Assembly: GCA_030141605.1 (NCBI GenBank)
Contig: JAQGDQ010000414.1
Coordinates: forward strand, 62,001-126,000
DNA: 64,000 nt
Source: Tubiluchus corallicola
Taxonomy: Eukaryota > Animalia > Priapulida
Reading direction: 5' to 3'
Shown here in pieces: positions 1 to 56,300 of the stretch. The number at the start of each line of letters is the position of its first letter. The stretch's first letter is position 1. The notes below the pieces were generated by a model, which had not been told where the DNA came from, did not search any database, and worked only from the letters and a program-made list of their open reading frames with translations. Made by a program: the position numbers and the translations under genes.

Positions 1-37003
<37,003 letters not shown>

Positions 37004-37139
37004 TTTATGTTTTTCCGATGTATCAGGTATCCATAAATTCGCATAGTTAGTGATCACAACTCACAAAATTAACTTTCAAACGAGTTTCATAAACACACCA
37101 ATATAACAGTTCGCCGAAACTTGTACTCTGCCACAACAA

Positions 37140-37290
37140 CCACCTGTCCCAGTGAAGTCACGTGACCTCGACTCGCATCACATCCGGTTTTTCCGCTAGT
37201 GGAGCAACTCACGGAAGTGTACAGACGCAAATTCAATTGTTTAACAGAGGTATCTCTCCTCCTGTTCCAGCTTCCCCGCCTTGGAGACAG
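37140..37290 (-). promoter_or_regulatory. Putative MYRF proximal promoter
   Basis: GC-richer segment 140-290 bp upstream of the MYRF ATG, with palindromic GTCACGTGAC (37157-37166) and ETS-like CATCCGGT (~37181) and ACGGAAGTG (37211-37219). Confidence 0.5.
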
Positions 37291-38256
37291 AAATACTCTC
37301 CAAGTTTTACTCAACAAACTTTTCTGTCACACGAACGATAGACCTATCTAATATTAACTTCTTATCGATTAGAATCATGTTTGCGGTCAATGGCGCCCGA
37401 TGGCAGCACAATGCAGTCTTACACAGAGCTGTTCTGGCTGAATCCAAAATTCTGCTGAAGCGTTCTTCATTCCACTGTTCATCACGATCATTTACTAATA
37501 CAGTAATTATGGTGATTTGAGGTGTGCCTTAATTATGTGTGATTTAAAATGTAAACTACGATAATAATAAGTTTAATAAAAACATTAATTTTATTCCTAA
37601 TTATTACAAAAAAATGTGGCACTTGACTAGTCATGCTAGATCACAGTCTTCAAAGTGCAATCATAATTATAAATTAATAAACCTCAAAAAATAACAACAT
37701 CTTTCTGTTGGAAACATTAATTTTTAAAGAAAATCATAACTACATGCTGTTAGGTAAAAAAAATCCTGTAATATTACTTCAAATTCTGAAATACTGCATG
37801 TGGAATGTTTGGTTACCCTGTATCAGTGTTTACTTAACACAAAATTTTTTTTGAGATACAAGTTATTACTTTTTTGTAACCTTTCAATTCTTTGTTCAGT
37901 AATTATATCCAGAAGTTCGGCTGAAATTTTACACTTAACACAAGTCAAACAATATTATAGCTGTCCAAGTAATACCTAACAAAGCAATAAGCTAATACTA
38001 TTTTGTACACTAAATTTTCACAAATTTCAACAGCAGAATGCATTAGTTTGCAAAAATGAAATGACTTAACAACTGCACGTTCAATACACATAAATAACCC
38101 TCATATAACCACAAAAGCTAATTAAAATTTTATGATAAATTTGACAATTTAGGATATGCAAATTAAGATCAAATTAATGCACCTCATGCAAATATGTAGG
38201 AGATCACACATAAAACTCTCAAAAAATGTAAAAAAATCTTTAAAAAAACAGTAAAA

Positions 38257-46220
<7,964 letters not shown>

Positions 46221-48719
46221 TTTTGCTTAAGTCGTGAGTGTCCAGGCTTCATCACTGTGACCGTATATCCTGAAAAATAAATAAGCTAGCAGACTAAGTT
46301 AGAGCACATAAGGCCACAAGGATTAGCAGAATTAAAAGCTGCAAATGGAAGATATAGAAACTAAAATAGAAGCGCTAATGTGTTGGATCTGGCACGTGTC
46401 ATCTAAAATGTTATATTCTTCTGGTACGACTTCTGCTTTACAAATGAAATTTTCACCAGCTTTAACAATTATAATATGTTTTCTTTGCCTTAGCAACTTG
46501 CTTTAACACAATCATCATGTGTTCTAGTCTTTGATCTATAGCAGAAGTAAACAGTTGACAGATCCATAGAAATGCTGTACATATGCCCCCCCCCCCCCCC
46601 GAAAACTCGCATATTGGCTATATTTGAAAGGTTCTTGATTGTGTTTTTTAACTTAAAAATTAAATATTGTGTTATAAAAGTATGCTAAAATTTCTGTTCC
46701 GCAAATTCAGGTTTTATACCAACTTTATCTTTCACGAAGTTTTACAGGCGCCATAGCCTTTATCAGATGGTTTCTTTTATGAAAACATAAATCGACATTC
46801 TGTTGTTAACTGAACAAATTCTCAAATATAATTATTAAACTAAAACCTGCAAACCATCAGATGCGCATCTATTGAGTTACAACCTAGTCTAGCTGTTTAC
46901 AGCATACAGAGCAGGTCAGTTGTCGTCCTCTTTACTTATCCAGCTTATATAAACTGTATAAATGTAACTTAGCAGCCAGTAGTAAAGCAACCTATTACTG
47001 CTATAATAACCAGCAGTTAAACGGAAAAAAATATTGTGGTAAACCGAACCGCATGCTTGACCAGTGACTTATCTTGTAAATAGACAAGCTATAGGGTTTC
47101 AAAGTTAGTTGATGCTTTTAGGCCACTGAGATCTGGGGAAAAAGGTTTCACAGTCCGGAATTGGCTTGCTGACCACCAGTTGCCCACCTCTGATCTATAG
47201 ACAAGCACTCTATATACTGAGTTTATTTATAGATATTACATGTTAACCATTATATGTATATTATTTATCTGTTATTTACAGCTCTTCTGACTTCTTCAAG
47301 TCATAATCTGATGTTATTCATTCTGCCCTAGTTAATATACATTTTTGAATCAAACCATAATAGAAACTGCTTATAAAACTTACCTTAAGTATTGGATTAC
47401 CTTACCTTACCATGGATAATCTATATCTTTGTATATATTTTCTTCCATTGTGCTTGTTAATTAATCTTATCAATGTTACGATATATAGTATATGACATCA
47501 TGATCATGTGACTGTACTACAGCGGTTGGATTAAAATGATGAAAGCTGATTTACTTTGTAAGTGTTTCTTTAGATTATGTTTGAGCACCATCCATAATCG
47601 CAACAATCAATAGTACAATACTTCCTATTTCAATTAATGAACTGCACTACTTATACTGTGATCTGCATGGAGAACACAATCTGTATTTTTATTCTGGTTT
47701 TGTGTAAGAGTATTTCTTAGTTTATTTGCAGAATGCTTCTTTTTCTTTTCTTTGTAAATAATACTCTTATTTGCCATTCTTTTGGTATACCTAAATAATC
47801 ACGTGTGATATTCTATATCCATTTTTACATGTCATATGCATTCCGTCATTGTGAGTAAATTTACAGGTTTTTATTTTCCTTTCACGCTTATTTGTAAACA
47901 GTAACTCATGCATATATCATTTTAGTAGACACTGTAGTTTTAGTTTTGAGTATTCTTCTTTGCCAGTGTACTTGTAATGTATTTGAGGAATAAACGAAAT
48001 TGAATTGGTGCTCACCATTAACATTAACAAGCCATATATAACACAATCCTTTAGAAATACTTGTTGTATTTATATGCCATACTGGCCTTGACAAACTAAC
48101 AACAACGCTGCAAGTTAGCTCTAGTCCTTCAACCTGTCTCTCATTTTGTTGTCATTAGCGACAAATAAGCAGTTCGTCTATCTTTGAAAAACTGTATTGA
48201 TAGTTGTCAAATTTATTTCGCTGTAGTTTGTTACTGCGCTTAGCAAATACATAAGGATTAAGGAAATTTCTTCGTGCTTTAAATATCTGCCTAATTATTT
48301 TACTTCAGATCATCGAAAATCGCTTTCTAATTTTTAATGACTCCATTATACCCATTATACATTTACTTTCTTAAACACGATTATAACACACAACGTACAA
48401 TATTGTTTTGCAATGTAATTTTTGGATTCCCGCGTTTTTACCCTGCACGATCCTGTTTTTTTTGTGTAAATTATAATTTCTGTATGTCTGTGCATGAAAA
48501 TTAACGCCCAGTCTAATATAATCCAATATACCAATATATAAATTCACCTGATTTTCAGTTCCATTATTTGCATGATCATTAATTTTTGCGACTGTCAAAA
48601 ATTATGCTTGTGTCATAAAGTATATTTCAGTTGCCATTATTCTTATGTTTCCGTAGTATACATATACACATACAATATGTACGTATTATATTTATGTAAT
48701 AATGCAATAATAATAAGTA

Positions 48720-48721
<2 letters not shown>

Positions 48722-48806
<85 letters not shown>
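48722..48806. repeat. (GT)n microsatellite, about 42 units
   Basis: Perfect GT run. Confidence 0.98.
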
Positions 48807-48809
<3 letters not shown>

Positions 48810-49299
48810 ATATGTCATACAAAACACGTTAACATTATAAATATATCAATTGAATGTCATTTTTTTTGTAAGAATTAACTACAAGCAGTAGTAACACCAA
48901 TACACTGTAGCATAGCACATTTAAAAATGTCCCTCGCTAACCAAAGGGCAGCTGAGTGGATGACCAATTGCTCTTTTGCTGCCCTTTTTTCCAAATTTTT
49001 TTCCTAATTATTATTTGTATTATAGCTGCATGTTTACTGCAAGATAAATAAAAGATTATGTTATGTTATGTTATGCTAAGTTGCATAGACAATATAAAAC
49101 ATAAAGACAAATTTCTGAGTTGAGAATGAAAAAATACATTTATCTTGTTTTTTGATTTCTTTAATAATTTGCAGGTTCTGCGCTTTTTTAGAATTTTGCT
49201 CGCCCTCGAAAGTTTAGGGTAAAATAAAGTATATCCGATTTGAGTTTATGTGAGTTTGTAAAAGATCGCTATCTATGCCGATTTTTGCGCGCCATTAAT

Positions 49300-49460
49300 G
49301 TTAGTGTTGGAAAGGAAAGTTATTTACAACAAAGATTTGTCGGATAAATCAATGAAGAAAATTGGACCAAGAGGATTAAACGCAGAAGACTTAATTGGGT
49401 GGGTCATGCTATGCGGAGCGCAGAAGATAATTCATTATCAAAGCCTCTCATTAAGTAAAC
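49300..49460 (+). mobile_element. RTE-like LINE C-terminal remnant
   Basis: The frame from 49360 reads NWTKRIKRRRLNWVGHAMR, matching the RRLxWxGHxxR motif found after the RT domain of RTE-type elements. Confidence 0.55.
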
Positions 49461-50325
49461 CAACAAGCGCCAAATACCATGGATGGTTTAGGTAAAACTA
49501 AAAGATCTCAATGAACGTCTCTAATTCTGACAGACACTTCATCTTAGAGAGTAGCCAAGGATCGACGCGTTTATCAGCAGGAGGTTAACAGTGTTATACC
49601 CTTTGACGAATGAACTTATAATATCATAGCAATTGTAATATAAATGATGTTAAAATTGTTATTGTAGATAGTGTAGTGTCCTTGAACGATTGATTACTGA
49701 TACGTGTTGCATGATGAGTTAAAGTTATAAAATTGGTTTTGAAATGCGAATTAAGTAAAATTGTTTTTTTACAAAATCACTGAGAGATAAAAAACATTTT
49801 AGTTTTTGTAGCTGAGTTGAACATTATTTTGCAGAAATATTCCGTAGAAGTTTCAGGTCTGATTGTGAGTTATTTTATGACAAGTTGAAAATTGTGAAAA
49901 CTGATTTGTATGTTGTCTGTGCGCAAAAACGAAGGCAATAATAAGATGGGGAATTTGGGAGGCCCTTTGAACTTCTCCACGTGGTACGCAGGCATTTTGG
50001 ATGCAAATGCTTCACTACAAAACTTTTGGACACATACGCTAGGCTTACCATACATCCGATTTACTCTGTACATATCCTCATTTTCGTTGCCCAGTTTTTC
50101 ATTAATATAAAATTTCCCGATTGTGCCCAAACCCATGAATACACAAATTTTTGCAAATTGTCAAACAATTACTGTATAACAATTAACAAGTAGTTTTTAC
50201 CTCTATAATAAAAGAATATGCATGTACGTGTGTAACTGATAGCAGGATCATAAGCAGTACGATAGCTAGTAAGTTTTAGGAACAGATGAACAACTTATTC
50301 TGTACTTTTTTATTCTACTACAGAA

Positions 50326-50574
50326 ATGGCAGAACCTGATGCTGGTACCACATTCAAACAAGAGACCATCCAAAAAATTCTTCAAATGTCTTTCAGTCAT
50401 CCCAAGAAAACTAAAATCAGCCAAGATGCACTTCAACTAACCACAGAATTGCTAAGAGTTTTTGCTGCAGAATGCACTGCTAGAGCTATTCAACAAGCTA
50501 AGAATGAGGGAACTGATATGGTCACTAACACTCAAATGGAAAAGATTTTGCCACAATTATTACTTGACTTTTAA
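50326..50574 (+). CDS. CENPX: Centromere protein X (CENP-X/MHF2/STRA13), histone fold, 82 aa, intronless CDS
   Basis: FKQETIQKIL..F..KTKISQDALQL..ELLRVF..E..ARA...A..E....V...MEKILPQLLLDF; the terminal LPQLLLDF is diagnostic. A polypyrimidine-CAG acceptor ends at 50323. Confidence 0.96.
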   Translation: MAEPDAGTTFKQETIQKILQMSFSHPKKTKISQDALQLTTELLRVFAAECTARAIQQAKNEGTDMVTNTQMEKILPQLLLDF

Positions 50575-51006
50575 ATCATTCCACCTTAACGTTTTTGTAA
50601 GTATACTTTGAGCATATGTGCACATTGTGAATGTTTACTTTCTCTCCGTCAAAACTTGCATACTTTACTTTAGGGTAATTTGACATTTCTGGCAGCTGAT
50701 ACTTCGGCCAGCGACGCAAGTGTCCAGAAACTTAGTGGAATTAACTTCCTGCTGGTTTACAAAAATAAGTCTATTTATATGTTTGTCTTACAGAATATTT
50801 AAAGATTGCTGTTGTCCTTGCCTAAGAAATACAGATGAGTTTGAAATTAAATTTTTGATGAGCTGGTCTATAAAGTCAACTGCATGTATGGAAAATTGCT
50901 GCTGTAATCAAACAACTGATAGCAGTCTACGTTCTTCTTTAGGCTTGCAAAACATGTAGCTTCTCTCATCAGCTGGAAATGTTTTCAATGCATTTGTTGC
51001 GAAGGA

Positions 51007-53085
51007 ATGTGTCAACAGTCTGAGGTTGGACACAATTTCTGTCAGTCACTGGAAAGGAATGTAGGGTTTACCGAAAGCACGATGGAAATTACTCATTTGG
51101 GCCAGTGCTTACATCCATGTAGTTATGATACGCTGATTACAAAGGCTGGTTTATGTGGTCTTAACAACAGTATCGTTTCAGCACTGTGCAATCATTTGCA
51201 GCATAAATTACGTGAAAGTGATGAAAATTCTCGACTGGAAACTCTGAGCATTTTATCTGCATTGCCGATGGTAAGTCCTAAGTGCTCCCACTGGTACAAC
51301 TTAATGGGGCAGCTTGTTTCTGATGAAGTGTTAAATGTGATCTTGTGGTCTATAAAAAGCTATCAGAAGAATAAATATACTTTATATGCTGCAAGAAAGG
51401 CGTTGGTTTCCCTCTTTATATCTAAGCTATGCAGTCCACAGTCAGTGAGTTGGGTTTGTTGTGACCTAGCAAGAATGCTGATTGATGATTCGTCATCCAA
51501 TCACTTAAGAATTGCGATACTCGATATTTTTGCTGATCTGCTGTACTTATCTAAGTCTTTTTTCGTTGAAGACCCTATTCAGCTTAAGCACATTAAAAGC
51601 GAGTGCAGAGACACTGTTTTAATTCAAAGACTATTAACTGTGACACAGTTGCAAATCATTCTCATTAACACATTAGCAGAAAAGTGGGAAGGCCTAATAA
51701 GAGTGCTTAATAACAGTGAACTGAATAATGACATCGAGAATATGTTAATAAGCCTGTTTAATTTATGGAATCGTATTTTGTTGGTGTTTTCTTCTAATGA
51801 TACTCATGGTGCAGCACTGCCTGTGGACATGGATAATGTTTTCGTCAAAATGGTTACTCTTCTGTTACTTATGAAAGCTTATCCATCAAGGCTAGTTTGG
51901 CGCAAAGCACTGTCTGTCCTACTGACATCCCTTTTGCTTCCAAATGCAGATTTGGTTGCTCATTTGACCGTTGATCATTTTTTACAAGGACTTGATAAAC
52001 TCCTCCCTCTGAATCCATATGAGAAGAAAACAACTTTTGGCTTTGCAGGTGAAGTAGCTGTTGAAGGAACTCTTAAGGAAACTTGTACTTGCAGTTCCAA
52101 AGTGAAACCTCTTGGTGATTCCTCGTTGCTTCGGAGTTTTGTTATCCTTGTGCTAAAATCATTAGTGAAACTTGCCACTCTGCCTGGTCAAATTCACAGT
52201 CAAAGATGCCAAATGATATTGTCAGCCTTGAAGAAATTAAGACAGCTTATCGAAAAATTCTCTAGAACTGGTGAGGTTTTTTTTCTTGGCTGCTTGTTTG
52301 ACTTATTTGGAGATCAAGATGATTTATTAATTGATACGCTGCTGGCACTACATCATCTTTACCTATTTCTGAATTATCAACAGGATCACTTGTATTCAGA
52401 AATGGTTCCTCATCCTCATTCGGTCTTTTTCCATTTTTTACACTTCATATGTCTTGACCATAAAGTTTTGTTGGACTTTTTGATCTCAAATGAAACGTGC
52501 TTTTTAGAATATCTAACTTCATATTTGAAATTTTTCGTTGTAAATTCTGCTGACATAGACAAGAATAGCTTCTGCAGAGAAAGCTTTAATAAAAATGCAG
52601 TACATGAAAATTGTAGTAAAATTGCAGCCGAAATTGTTGAAGACACTGAAGCTAACAGCCAGAACAGTAGTGAATTACAAAGCATGCCTTCCGAGTTCTT
52701 GGTGTCATGCAATAAACCTGTGAAATTATGTGAATATTCCGATTCTGATGAAGAGCCTTCCGTCACTGTTGATTTGCCAGTAGCCAATCAAGGTGCATCT
52801 TCAGCGCCAGTGTACAGGGATTCAATGGATTTGGAAACAGCATTGGACCGTTTTTCATCCTCGTCGTCGTCGTCATCATCATCATCATCATCGCTAAATT
52901 GTGATACAGAAACTAAACTTATATATCCATCTGAGTTAGACAAAGTTCTATGTGTGTTGAACAATTTGTTAAAAAGTATTCAGAGATTAAATGCAAATGG
53001 TTTATTTCCTTACAATGTCTTGCCGCTGATCAGACTACTGCATAATTGTGTAGTAATTATTTCTGACAAAACATTACTTCAATAA
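51007..53085 (+). CDS. LINS1: Protein Lines homolog (LINS1), 692 aa, single ORF
   Basis: LFGDQDDLLIDTLL and PHSVFFHFL...DHKVLLDFLISNETCFLEYL (Lines_N), and LFPYNVLPLIRLL (Lines_C). The true start could be the Met at 51082. Confidence 0.92.
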   Translation: MCQQSEVGHNFCQSLERNVGFTESTMEITHLGQCLHPCSYDTLITKAGLCGLNNSIVSALCNHLQHKLRESDENSRLETLSILSALPMVSPKCSHWYNLMGQLVSDEVLNVILWSIKSYQKNKYTLYAARKALVSLFISKLCSPQSVSWVCCDLARMLIDDSSSNHLRIAILDIFADLLYLSKSFFVEDPIQLKHIKSECRDTVLIQRLLTVTQLQIILINTLAEKWEGLIRVLNNSELNNDIENMLISLFNLWNRILLVFSSNDTHGAALPVDMDNVFVKMVTLLLLMKAYPSRLVWRKALSVLLTSLLLPNADLVAHLTVDHFLQGLDKLLPLNPYEKKTTFGFAGEVAVEGTLKETCTCSSKVKPLGDSSLLRSFVILVLKSLVKLATLPGQIHSQRCQMILSALKKLRQLIEKFSRTGEVFFLGCLFDLFGDQDDLLIDTLLALHHLYLFLNYQQDHLYSEMVPHPHSVFFHFLHFICLDHKVLLDFLISNETCFLEYLTSYLKFFVVNSADIDKNSFCRESFNKNAVHENCSKIAAEIVEDTEANSQNSSELQSMPSEFLVSCNKPVKLCEYSDSDEEPSVTVDLPVANQGASSAPVYRDSMDLETALDRFSSSSSSSSSSSSSLNCDTETKLIYPSELDKVLCVLNNLLKSIQRLNANGLFPYNVLPLIRLLHNCVVIISDKTLLQ

Positions 53086-53377
53086 CTGTCCCTGCTACAG
53101 TGAAAGTTTTTGTGCATCTAAATTATTCTACACGTTATTAGGTGTATTTATAATAATTATAAGTGTTTGTTTGTGGTTTATTTAGCTTGGCACACCATAA
53201 AAAATTATTATTTCCATTGTGTGTCAACAACTGCTTTTGTGTTCTAATTTCAGTCGGGTTTATGAACTTGTGTGGCAATTATATAAACATAGTTTGTAAA
53301 TCACTAAGAGCGGACATTCTAGTAAAACATTTGAATTCGCCTGACATGCTGTACTAAAGTTGTACATCGTGATCATC

Positions 53378-56300
53378 ATGGAGAGTATACCAGGTCGCCG
53401 ACGTTCTCTCCGTCTACAAGAACGTGTTGTGTCAATGGAGGAGCTGCAGCTTTCGAGTAAAAAGCGGAAAATCACAGCAGCTGTATCAGGTTTGCCAGGT
53501 TTGTGCAACTATGGTTTGGCAAATTAAGCTGTAGTTAAATGTTTTAGCTTGTAATTTACCAGCTTTGCAGCTAAATAACAAGTTTTATATTGAGACGAAT
53601 CTGTAACAGCGTCATTTTAGCTTTATTTCATTTTTTTTTGAGTATTCTTATGGTTTAGTTTGCTTGTAAATCATAACTCCATACTAATATGTGATATTGT
53701 TATAATCAGATGATCGTGGTCGCAATTTGCTGTCTAGCAAATCTTCGCTTCAAAATTCGAGGCGACGAAGCCATTCTCAGGGAAAAATCTCAACTGTGGA
53801 ACGACTGCGACGTGAATCGGTTTCTGCCAAAAGCTCGCCATCAATGGGTGGTAAATCGGTTTCTGCCAAAAGCTCGCCTTCAATGGGTGAGTTTGTCTTT
53901 TTTTGAAAAATGCACTTATATTGGACAACTATTAATTTGGTCAAAGGAAAAACTATCCATATACTTTTTTCAACAATTCGATAAGAAAAGACAACAATGT
54001 AAATCTTTATTTAAACCTAATAAAATTCTTGTTAAAAATTTCTTTTCTTCTTGTCCTCCTTTAAAAGAAGAAAAAATAAATTTTTTCTTATTTTAAAGAA
54101 ATTTTTATTGGGTTTTAATACAGTTAAAGAAAATTTTATTACGTTTTAGAACAGACCTTCTTGATATGGCTTTCTAATATCAAAGGAAAAACGCTTTTGT
54201 GAGATACACTAGAACTAGAAGCCATGCTAAGAAGCTTATTTAACTAGTAAGAGGCACTTAGTCTTCGAATTAGGTTAGAAAACTTTACTTTACATATGTG
54301 GACAATTTTAACAGATCATGTTTGGTTGAGGACACCATTTACTGTATTTTCAATTCCACCCATTTTATGATTGGCTGAGCTGTAGTCCAATGAATCTTAT
54401 GAAGCATTTGACTGAATCGTAATCTGTTTATTGTTTATTCATCTTGTATGCTTTACGACTTCATGAACTAATGCTTGGTTTGCCTAAATTCTTGGTGAGT
54501 GATTGTACATGTAATGACACTGTTTAAAAATAATAGCAAATAAAGGGCAAGAATACTCAAAAATCGAGGAGTAGGAAGTATTTGTTACATCCTTGTGCAA
54601 GTAAGCTTTGTAGTACAAACATCTACAGTCAACTTATTTCAGTATCCAATACTCATATCTCCCACTGAGATATAAATATTACATTAAGTGAAATATGTAA
54701 AGTAAGTAAAGTTAAGTGTGCCATTTAAACTGTATATATTGTGTACTGTGTCTCGTGTACACAAATAAGTACTGTGCAACTAAATTTGTAGCTATTTTAG
54801 TGTTGCTCCATATTAAACATACATAAAGTGTTATTAATTGCAGATACGTCATCCATATTGGACAAAGTGACACCCAGATCTGTGATGGGTGCATTTTTGA
54901 CAGAAAAAAATACCAGTTTATCGTCTCTGGTTCCTGAAGGAAGACAACTGAGAAAAAGGTTTGTCATGAAATTTTAGTAAATAGTTTATACGGCGCATTT
55001 TGGATTAAATACAGTTCTAGGTGGTATTATATAAAGTGTGTTGCGCTCATATGTTTGCATTCTTCACAGGTTTGTGGGTACAAGTTACGGTACAGCGAAT
55101 AACGTACCAGAATGGCAAGATGATGAGGAAGACACCACAGAACTTTTAAAAGCTGTTCTGAAGAGCAGTTATAGATTAACTACAGAACAAACACCCACAG
55201 TAAGTCTTTAACTTTGCATTGTTTAATAAAACAAATAGAGTGACGAATGTTTTTTATACAAACTGGCCTACAAGACCAGCATCAATTCAATGTAAAAGCT
55301 ATAGCAAAAAAGTGAAAGTATTGAGGCACATCCAGAAAAATGGATGAGGTCTAGTTTCCTAACGATAAATGTATGGATTAGTATCTTTTTAAAGCGGGCT
55401 AGGCTGTGCTGCAACTGCTTTGCTTCTCGGGACGTCTTCAAGGTAAAAATATGTGCTTCGGTAGCAGATTCTAGCAGGCTTTAAGACTCAGTAATAAGAG
55501 GTGACAATAGCATCTTCCATTAAAGGGCAATAAAAGCTGTTCAATGTAGCAACTGATATTTAATAAGAAAGAGACTGCAGAGTTGACACACACATCATAA
55601 CAACCAGATTGACATAAAAACTTTGCACTCTGTCATATGGATTAAGCTAATATGCTGAGCTATGCCAGGTTTGTGATTGCAATTTTTTATGAAATTGTAA
55701 ACACCAGTTGGCAATGTTTTAATTAGTTTCTTAATAAAAGATGTTGTTTTATTGCTGAGTATTTCTAATAATACTTTAAGACTGTATTAGGGTAATAAGC
55801 ATTTGCCATTTTACCATATGTTCAACAAACTTAACTTAATCTGATTTGTGCAGTTTAATAGAGAAACATGCAATAATTGTTCTTATGGCACTTTTTTCCA
55901 GATTGTAGCAAGTGATAAAAAAGCTGGTACTGATGAACAAAGTGACACACCTCTGCCTCCCATACCTCAGCCTGGCAATGTAATCATTTCACCTGATTTG
56001 CAACCTGAGCCATCAGTAACTGTGGAAAAGAAGCAAAAGTCTTTCGCAAAGTCTAAACCGTCTGCAAATTTTCATTTTGTGCCAAATGCATATAGTTCAT
56101 TGGATAAAGACAATAAATATGTAGGACCAGCAGTTCATGATATAAGTGAAAATGTGCACATTGGAAACGCTGAAAACGTAGAGAATGACAACCACACACT
56201 TACTGCACTAGATATGGAAATGTCTAGCAATGTAGGCCAAGGTGAGATAATTGAAACAACAAGTCAAAATACACGTTTTGCAGACGAAATCGAACCCAAC

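Noticed and set aside
48572-48832. Poly-CV and poly-TH ORFs
   Set aside because: These are translations of the GT microsatellite.
50269-50323. Treating the CENP-X acceptor as proof of trans-splicing
   Set aside because: A GTAAGT at 50269 could form an ordinary 55-nt 5'UTR intron, so the acceptor alone is not diagnostic.
51975-52787. Antisense ORFs inside Lines (and 56529-57495 inside CENP-T)
   Set aside because: These are shadow frames of real coding sequence with no recognisable motifs.
55848-55901. ORF-track N-terminus of the 562-aa ORF (MQFNRETC...)
   Set aside because: It starts at a GTG and lies in an intron; the acceptor TTTTTTCCAG at 55901 joins the upstream CENP-T exons in phase.
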